Shown one piece after another: positions 54,428 through 64,000 of a stretch of 64,000 nucleotides of DNA (position 1 is the first letter of the stretch; each line of letters opens with the position of its first letter). Source of the stretch: the human T2T-CHM13v2.0 reference genome, Homo sapiens. A program made the position numbers and the translations under genes. The notes under the pieces were generated by a model. That model searched no databases and was not told the DNA's origin. It saw only the letters and a list, made by a program, of their open reading frames with translations. The stretch lies in the NCBI RefSeq assembly GCF_009914755.1, contig NC_060938.1. One strand, given 5' to 3'.

Positions 54428-54832
54428 TAAACAAAACCCTGAGAAAATACTTCATATGGTGAGAAGACAAACATGATTCAATAAAATTTTTGTCAACACC
54501 TCTGGAGAACGAAAAAATTAGACCTGAAAAGTATTCAGAAATTTGCTGTAAAAATGGCTTACTTGAATAAAAATACCTATAAATTCCAAAAAATAAAAAC
54601 AAAAAAGAAAGAAAGGAATAAACATTTCCATTGAAAAAGCAAACTGAACGTTAAGGAAATAAAGAAGGAATAACTAAAGCTTTTTACGTTGTGGAAAATC
54701 AGGTATAAATTTTAAAATAATAATCAACATTTTGACAGAAAAATGACAAATCTTACCAAGGAGGAAAATCAGATTCACATTAGTGTCTCTCTGTAATAGT
54801 AACCAATGCCAGAAACTTCTGTATCCATGTTT

Positions 54833-55060
54833 ATACAGTTCTGAAATATATATATTTCTTTCAGAACTGTGTATATATACAAATATATTTTGTATATATT
54901 TATACAAAACTGTATATATATACACACACATACAGTTCTGAAAGATCGTGTATATGTATATATACACACTCACACACATATACAGTTCTGAAAGACTACA
55001 TATATGTATATATGTATATATGTGTGTATATGTATATATATGTGTGTGTGTGTGTATTTA
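54833..55060. repeat. Palindromic AT-rich mini-array with a CAGTTCTGAAA motif in both orientations
   Basis: Motif on + at 54836, 54933 and 54983, and on - at 54859-54869; spacers are (TA)/(CA). Confidence 0.92.
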
Positions 55061-55659
55061 CATATATACTCCTCTTAAGAATGATATAACCATTTAGCAA
55101 TTAAGTTGAGCCAGATAATGAATGAGTAATAATAGAAAATTGAAAGAAAGAATCTAGGGGAGAAAATGACTGATTGTGAGCACGGATTTACATGATCTCC
55201 ATATGTATATAAATTTAATATTTTTGTCACTTATGGTTATATGAGTATGCCATAAACAATGTCAGTACAAAATAATGACTTAACTAACAAATTAAGATGT
55301 GGGTGGGGAGATAAAGGAAATGTGAGAGTCCCTATGGCTCTACAGGTCCACATCAGTCTATCAACAGATATCTTAGAAATGGAAGCGTGTGTCAACAAAA
55401 ATAGACTACACTCTCTTACTGTTACTGTTTTTCAGTCTTTTTTTCTAACACTATAGTGAGTTTTTAGAGATATTTCTTATGATAAAGAAACACTTGTTTG
55501 AAGGTAAGAAATTCTTTTGACATTATTTCTGTTAAAAAATAAAACAAATCATTTAGATCCTGGCAAGAAGAAATATTTCTCCTGAACTTTGGCCAAGAAC
55601 CCACTAAAACTTTTTGTAAAGTAATGAGTGGAGTTGAATGTCCCAGTCTGATAAATGAA

Positions 55660-55688
55660 TGTGTGTATGTGTGTGTGTGTGTGTGTGT
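55660..55688. repeat. (TG)n microsatellite
   Basis: Seen directly; one interruption. Confidence 0.95.
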
Positions 55689-56021
55689 TTTCAGGTATAT
55701 ATCACCAAACAGCAACCAAGCTTAACAGGGAAAATCTAGTTGTATTCTGATTAAAGTGAGGAGTGTAAACTTAATTTTAATTATCAATAGAATTCTGAAA
55801 ACTTTTTCTGGAAATTCTGAGGACTGTCGTTGGACAAGAAAAGTGAAAAGAAACTATAGATTTTGAAATAAGAAGCAAAAAAATCAGTATTTTTTAATGA
55901 TTTGTCTATATAAAAGTTCTAACACAATTAATTATGAAAAAAGAGTAAACCAAAATATTCACAGTCTGGTTAATGACAAAATATCTCTATCAAAATCAGT
56001 TATTTTCTTATTTTTTTTAAA

Positions 56022-56473
56022 TGTTAGTAGATGATTTCACATGGGTCTTTTGAATTTCTGCACATCTTGCATCTAGGACATTGGCTATGTTTTTTTTCTG
56101 ATTCTGTTTTCAAGAGTTTATAGCAAACAGCTTTGGAAGATTGACATAGTGTTGCCCTCTGGATGACAGATCATATTTGTTCACCACCCAGTATAATACA
56201 GAAAATGTCCTCCTCCAACCATTTATAAAAGGTTCAGGGTTATGCATGGAGTTTTTCAGCTGTAAAGCAAACCCACTACACGCAAAATAACTGCCTGGGC
56301 ATCTCCAGTTCAACTGCTTCGGACCTTTATCAAGGAGATCTGGCAAGCATTGAGCTCTTTTTGCTCTGTCCCAGGATTCTTGCAAGTTCCACCAACATTT
56401 ATGAAATTGTGGCAAGTTAACGTGTTGCCTAGCAAGTAATGTTAAGTTCCCAAAATTTCTACAGTCTTTGACA
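56022..56473 (+). mobile_element. MER77/MER21-group solo LTR
   Basis: TGTTAG...CATGGGTCT...ATTTCTGCACATCTTG...AACAGCTTTGGAAGAT...TTGACA. Confidence 0.75.
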
Positions 56474-57548
56474 TAAAATAACTACTTAAAAGTTATAGTA
56501 AATGTAATACATTTTTGAATGAAAATAAACAATATACACAGAAATGTTAATATGTTATATAGGAAGAATTTAGAGATCATAAGAAAACTAAATTCTTCAA
56601 TAAATTATTTTAAGACAACTGGTTGCAGTGTGCTTCTCAGGAGTAAGAAACAATCTCGTTTACCAAAATAAATTTAATAAATATACATGATCTATACAAT
56701 CATAGAAAACTGTAAACCGAATAATGAAACAAACACAAAATAAGAAAAAACAAAAAAGCCCAAGTATAAACAAGTTTGTAATACAAATAACAACTTAAGA
56801 AAAGAAAAACAATAAACATATTAATAAAGGTAATTTGTCAGGTTTTAAAAAATTGTGGGCCAAGAATATTATAAACATTATAGAAATCAATACATATAAA
56901 TAGTCAATGAATACATATACAGAAGAATGGGTACACAAATGCATATCAAAGAAAATTACCTAAAGGACTATATTCATAGTCATGTAATGTTTAAGGAAAC
57001 AATCAAGAAATATCAAGTCACTCAGAGACTAGCAACGGTAGGAGACTGTCACCAATCCTGGGCCTAAACCAGTAAAGGGATAAAATGCTGCTATTAGAGC
57101 CATGTAAGGACTAGACCCATAGAGTGTCAGTAGCAGGTCAAAATCTGTGCCAAAAGTTCTAAAAGCCAGCTTGTTGGGGCCAGGAGAAGAATAGAGAAAG
57201 ACAGTGAAAGGATTCAATAATTCTATTCAAAGGCATTCATACAAAACAAAACAAGATATCACTTGCTATCCACCAGTAATTCTAAATTCCCAGATCTACA
57301 CAGAATTAGACACATACATCTATGGAACCAAAAGGCATTCTGACGATTTGAATACAAATATATAGTATATTTTAATTTATTTAGCTTGCTAGATATAGTC
57401 ATTATATAAATATAAATTGTACACAATTTATATTTATATCCAAAATGGTGATTTCTGGTAATTTAACATATATGTGTATAATGCTAAATACATATGTAAA
57501 TAGATTCAGTGTAATTTTGTCATATGCTTTTTTTTCACCAGCAAGCTC

Positions 57549-57692
57549 TTTTAGTTTTTGGTTTTTTTTTCTTGTAAAGATGTCGTCTCATCGTATTGCC
57601 CAGGCTGGTCTTGAACTCCTGGGTTCAAGTGATTCTCCTACCTCAGCCTCCCAAAATTTTGGGATTACAGGCATTAGCCACTGCACCTGACC
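57549..57692 (-). mobile_element. Alu monomer (FLAM_C-like)
   Basis: TTGCCCAGGCTGGTCTTGAACTCCTGGG...GGGATTACAGGCATTAGCCACTGCACCTGACC. Confidence 0.9.
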
Positions 57693-57802
57693 GTTTTACT
57701 TTTCAAATACAAAACATATAAACATGTAAACATATAAAGCCATTTGCTTCTATATAAAAAGATAAATAAAGCAATATTCTAAAATATTTTAAATCTAGAT
57801 TT

Positions 57803-57887
57803 AATAATAGAACATCTAACATTAACACTTGTTAACACTAATAAAAATAATAGAACATCTAACATTAACACTTGTTATAACACTAAA
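57803..57887. repeat. Tandem duplication, period 43, 32-bp identical core
   Basis: AATAATAGAACATCTAACATTAACACTTGTTA at 57803 and 57846. Confidence 0.95.
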
Positions 57888-60038
57888 ACACTCTCCAAAC
57901 CACCTTTATTTTATAGTTTCTTTTAATCTTCTATTTTCATATATATGCGATTTAATTTTAATATATGCCTATAAAATTTAAAGTGCTTTAGTTTTATTTC
58001 CAGAAATTTTTCTTCTGCTCTGCCACTCTCCTGCCATGCTGAATATGGCACTTACTGTTATAGCACATTTACCATTTACTATATTTACTATGTTAAATAT
58101 ATCTTAAGTCCAAAATTTTCTTTGAATTTCTCTGTTACAAATTTTTGTTTAATTTTATGTTTAATATTTTTAATTTTTTTCTATTACCAGCCAAAGTAAT
58201 CTGTGGATAAGGGATGATGTGCCGATCTGAGTTTCAAGGACCCTCAGTCATCCTACATTAGGGTTTACTAAGAGTCCTGTTGGTATTTGGTTCTGTGAAT
58301 TAAAATCCTAAAAAACTCAAGGCCCAGTGGAATTTCTTGGCTTTTTGCCTCTTGAGCAAAAAAAAATGAAAGAAGGAATGGCCTCTGCATCCAAGAATTG
58401 TATTATTCGGCCTTCTCTATAATTGACTCAGCTCCCACTGGCCTCCTAGCCTCCTAGTTCTGGCCATGCCAGGGGCTCAGCAGCCCTCTTTGCATATTCC
58501 TGCTTCATCCAGTATTTATGATGCAAGGTCATGATAGCATCTGTCTTTCAACTAATCTACCTTTAAATCACATACCCAATTGTTTCTTCCTTTCAGATTC
58601 TTGTAAGTGCTAGTGTGGTGGTATAAAATCTATATCTTGCCTCCCACAGGCCTTCATTTTTTATGTTCTAAACATCATTTTTTAATAAAAATCAATTCGA
58701 TAATAAATATACCTTACCAGGTATATTTCTTTCTTCTTATTTACTTCATGTCAATTGCCAATTCTGCTTGTTCTCTTGGTTTTTGCTTGTTTGTAAGCAT
58801 TAAGAAATTTGTTGCTTATCTGCTATTTTACAAAAGCAAAGATATTCAAAATCACATTGAAGATCTCTGTCAGTGGTATGATTTAAATAGGACTTATTTT
58901 GCTTTGATGACTTACCAAATGACAAACATGCTATTTGGTAGTATAAGATGATTATGATTTTTTATAAACTTTTCCCTTTTTACTCTGGTTAACTTAAACT
59001 TTTAAATTTAAAACTTTGATCCTTAAGTTTCAGCCAGTGGAGAAACCTAACTGTGTAAACATGGATTTTAGAGAGCTGAAAATCCAGTACATACTGTCTC
59101 TAGTAACTGGAATTGACTTAATGCACATAAAATCTGACTCTGCAGTGAGCAGTTCTTGAAGATGAGTTCAGCTAGCTTTGCAGACACATTTCTTGGATAA
59201 GAGTTTAAGTGAGAATCTAGGAGTTATGCTTCAAAAACCTTTCCAATCCACTGTCTTCAGGGAAGAAAGGGCTGCTTTTACAATGGTGACACATGTTTTA
59301 AATCTACAATTTTGGTCTTTGCTTATCAGTCAACGGATATTATTTTTTCTAATATTTATTTTTCTAGATTTCTTTTCACCTTCTTTAATTTGGGCTTTTG
59401 AGTCCTCTGACAGATTTGGTTTCCAGAAAATAATAGAATAATTGTTGTGACATGACAGAATTTAAAACTAATATTCTAGGTTGAGCAAAAGAGTAAAATA
59501 CACAAAGCTGAGCAAATCTTTTGGGTGCAGAATGCATACGAAATTTTATTAAAGCAATAGTGAGCAATTATTACAGTTCAAAATTATATTTGAGTTCCCA
59601 TGAGTGCTTATTCAATATTGTCTTATTGAAAGGGCTCCATAATTGTTAATCCTGAGCATTACCTAGTTATTTAAACTGATGTCTCCTGAAAAGAGGTGCA
59701 TGCCTCATAAATAATTGAGGGCTGAATTAAAACATTCTTCAGTGGACAGAATTGCACTTAATTTACAAATTCAATTTCCATATAAGAGCAGCCCTTTACG
59801 AGCTACCTGAACTTTGCAATATCATGCATCACAGCTCGTGAACTCGTAACATTGTAGAAGTAGTCAATCTACCATGAAAAATGCCTAATTGATGTTCTAA
59901 TTAATTTCACTAATTTAAATTAATAGTTCAGAAAAATGTTCCAAGGTTATCATGTGAGTTTTCCTGTACACTGACACATTGTTGCCCATGCCAGAGTTAC
60001 TCTTACCTGTTTGAAAGGGTCACTCAATAATCTTACAT

Positions 60039-60040
<2 letters not shown>

Positions 60041-60080
<40 letters not shown>
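60041..60080. repeat. (AGAT)10 tetranucleotide STR
   Basis: Pure run. Confidence 0.97.
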
Positions 60081-60081
<1 letters not shown>

Positions 60082-61177
60082 TAGATATTATATATATTTA
60101 GTTATCATCATATATATCATCATATATATTATTATATGATAATGATAATAACTTAGAGAAGTTGAATGTACATCATTTGTTATATTTCCCCTATGACTTC
60201 TATTTTGAAGGCAGACGTGGAGGTAAACAACCAATAATTTAGATCCCCTTTTCATGATTGGGTAACCACAAGTAGGATAAAAATATTATTCCGTATTTGG
60301 ATTAAAGGCTAACAAAATTTTGAATTTACTTCCTATTTTTAGAACCATGTGCCAGTTAACCATCTTTTTTATTTATTCCTATTCTCATTGTGGTGAGATT
60401 AGAAGACATAAAATTCCATAAAAATTAAAAATGAGTTGTACTTTTAAAATTCACTAAAGTTTCTGTGAGAACTAGTCTCACACATTGGAATAAAACGTAT
60501 TGCGTTTCAGGGAGTGTTTCTGACATGCCTGGAGTTTACTTTGTGTTTAATACCTTGCTCTTTGTCATTTTCCTTTGTATTGACTTTAAGCAAATAAAAA
60601 GAATAACCACATCCCAAATCACACCACCAAGAAGATACCACTGTATGTATTTGAGCATATAACATTAAAATGTTTTGCCCATTTAATATTCAAACATTTG
60701 TTAAATAAATTAATAGTGACCAAAGTACATGTGCCAATCTCTGTCACAAACTCTTTCTGACAAACTGAGTGACACTTCTGAAGATTATTTCCTCTCTTTC
60801 CCCTGAAATTCTTCAAACTTTTATTTGTTATTATTATTGTTGTTGTTTTTAATTAGGACTAATTCTTACTATGGGATAAATAGAGCAAGCTCTAAAAATA
60901 CCCCCTCTCTTGACTTAAGTGAAGAGAGGGAATTTAGTTCATAGAGCAGTTCTTTCCAAAAGAATTCTTAAAATGTTTCCACACCTTATATTTTATTCCC
61001 TTATTTGGCTGTAAAGGTTTAAGAGGCTTCATTAACTCTCAAATACCTACTTGGACCCTTCTATATGGTGAGCTACGCCTCCACTATCTATGATATTCTA
61101 AAAACCTCAGGTGAAATATTTAATTTAGCATCAATCTTGTTACAGAGGAAGTGAGAAAGTCAGTTTTATAAAATAAA

Positions 61178-61420
61178 CATTTTATTTTGAGATAATAGTA
61201 GATTCACATGCAAGTATAATAAATATGTAACACAGCAGTTCTATGCACCCTTTGTCCACCTTACTCTAAAAGAAACATCTTATAAAACTACAGTAAAATA
61301 TCATAATCAGGACGTTGAAATAGATGCAGTGACTATATAGAATTATAACATCCCTACCAGGATCCTTCTTTTACCATTTATAACCCCACAAAAGTCTCTC
61401 CCTTTCTCTTAGTCTTTATT
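61178..61420 (-). mobile_element. L1MC-type 3' end
   Basis: TTTTATTTTGAGATAAT..TAGATTCACATGCA...AAAACTACAGTAAAATATCA. Confidence 0.8.
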
Positions 61421-62820
61421 CTTCTGAAACTATCTTTATTTTGTCATTCAGTTCTGAAGGGTAATTTTGCTGAATATGGAATTCATGATTTTTTTTTTTA
61501 GTATTTGAAAAATATTGGATCACTTCCTCTGGTCTCCATTGTATCACATGAGAAATCAACTGTCATTTTAATTTCTGTCTTCCTACAAGTATGTGTTTTT
61601 TATCTGTGGTTTCTTTCAGCAGTTTCTTTTTCTTTAGTATTCAGAAGTTCAATATAATGGGTTTCAGCATGAATTATTTTGAATTTATGTATTTAGTGTT
61701 TATCCAGCTTCTTGAATCTGTACATTAAGTCTTTAAACAAATTTGGAAAATTTTTAGATTTTTTTTGGATACTTTTTAAAATCTCATTCTTTCTTTTCCT
61801 TCTAAGACCTTAATTATATAAATGTTCGCTCTTTAGTTATTGTCCTACAGGTCCCTAAGACTCTGATTTTTTCAGTTTACTTTCTCTCTGTTTTCAGATT
61901 GTTTAAATTCTATTGTTCTGTTCTCAAGAACGAAAATTCCATTCTCTGTCATCTCTACTATTGAGCACATCTAGTGAATTTTTCATTTCAGATATTGCAT
62001 TTTTCAGCTCTATGGTTTCCAGAATGAATTTTACAATGGCAGTTTGAAAGTCCTTGTAAGATAATTCCCAAATCTGCTTCATCTTGGTGTTGGCACCCAT
62101 TGATTGTCTTTTCTCATTCATGTTATGATTTATCTGGTTCTTAGTATGATGAGTGGTTTTTCATTATAGTCTCGATGATTAGGCTATTATTTTATGAGAC
62201 TCTGAATCCTAATCTTTCTTTGTTTTTATTAGCCCATCTTCTTGTTCAGTTGTAGTGTGAAGGCAGTCTAGGTATGTATGTATATTTAGTGTACCATTGG
62301 GTCTCAGCAAAAGTGGAATTAAACTTTACACTGCCTGTACTGCAGACAGGCAGAGTGGAAGTTCAGCCCTACCGATAGCTTCTCAGCAAAAGTATGGCAC
62401 CAACTTGTCTCTGAAAGGAATTATATGATGCGTTTTTCTTTGGACCAAGTGCTGCTAGGGTTGGGAAAAGTGGAGGGTTGACTTAGATCACTCTGTTGTT
62501 GCATAAATGAAGGCAGAAAGTCGGCTCCCTGCTGGGGCCTAGTGACACGGAGGAAGCAGAATATCAACTACCCCACCTCCAACCACCTACTTCTTTCTTC
62601 TTAATGTGGTGGAGGTGGGAAGTTCAGCTCTTCATTAGGCTGCACTGACATCAGAGGAGAAGGTAAACAGTGTCTACTACCCCAACTTGTATCACACATT
62701 GACTATTTTGTTGATGCCACATGGAGGTAGACACCGAGATCACCACTTAACCCCACTGATACGCACTTAGGAATGTGAAGCACAGTGGGCCTGGCCTCCC
62801 TTCACAGGGGGTAGATACTG
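61421..62820 (-). mobile_element. Old L1M 5' region (ORF1 plus 5' UTR)
   Basis: ORF 61924-62121 (KDFQTAI...IELKNAISEMKNSLDVLNSR) resembles the L1 ORF1p coiled coil. Confidence 0.8.
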
Positions 62821-62840
62821 TGTTTGTCCATATTACTCAC

Positions 62841-64000
<1,160 letters not shown>

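Larger units (their letters stand above)
54331..57020 (+). mobile_element. Fragmented ancient L1M (ORF1 and ORF2 remnants)
   Basis: A-rich; GAAAACTTTCCC (ENFP) ORF1-like; GACAAGAAAAGTGAAAAGAAAC..CAGTATTTTTTAATGA RT-region-like; interrupted by microsatellites and an LTR. Confidence 0.5.

Noticed and set aside
54833-54996. Repeat-spacer pattern superficially like a CRISPR array
   Set aside because: The repeats are only 11-13 bp, in mixed orientation, with microsatellite spacers, in primate DNA with no cas genes.
34891-55510. Isolated strong donors AG|GTAAG at about 34895, 38132, 50387 and 55503
   Set aside because: No convincing paired acceptor or YAG/pyrimidine context; several are expected by chance in 64 kb, and one lies inside a LINE remnant.

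Overview
This is AT-rich primate nuclear DNA, most likely human (AluJ/S/Y, L1PA, MaLR and ERV LTRs, Tigger1, MER elements). It is not prokaryotic: I see no CRISPR array, operon, rRNA/tRNA gene, CpG island or credible protein-coding gene. Nearly all ORF-track entries are chance ORFs or repeat-derived. Much of the window is a layered record of transposon insertions, several with recoverable target-site duplications (TSDs) and nesting. Most L1 fragments lie on the - strand, which weakly suggests a long intron of a + strand gene; I cannot name the locus. The best leads are: (i) + strand splice-signal architectures, namely zero-length AG|GTAAG recursive-type sites, (TG)n-flanked acceptors and a possible 6-nt microexon; (ii) two exon-like segments on the - strand; (iii) an L1 insertion with a fold-back hairpin at its 5' junction; (iv) a Kanga/Tc2 transposase remnant with an open POGK-like DNA-binding-domain frame; (v) a palindromic AT-rich mini-array, local duplications and an Alu-L1 deletion junction; (vi) a CpG-retaining HOX13-like motif cluster. 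I found no convincing novel multi-gene system. Repeat subfamily names come from my recall of consensus sequences and need confirming with RepeatMasker/Dfam.
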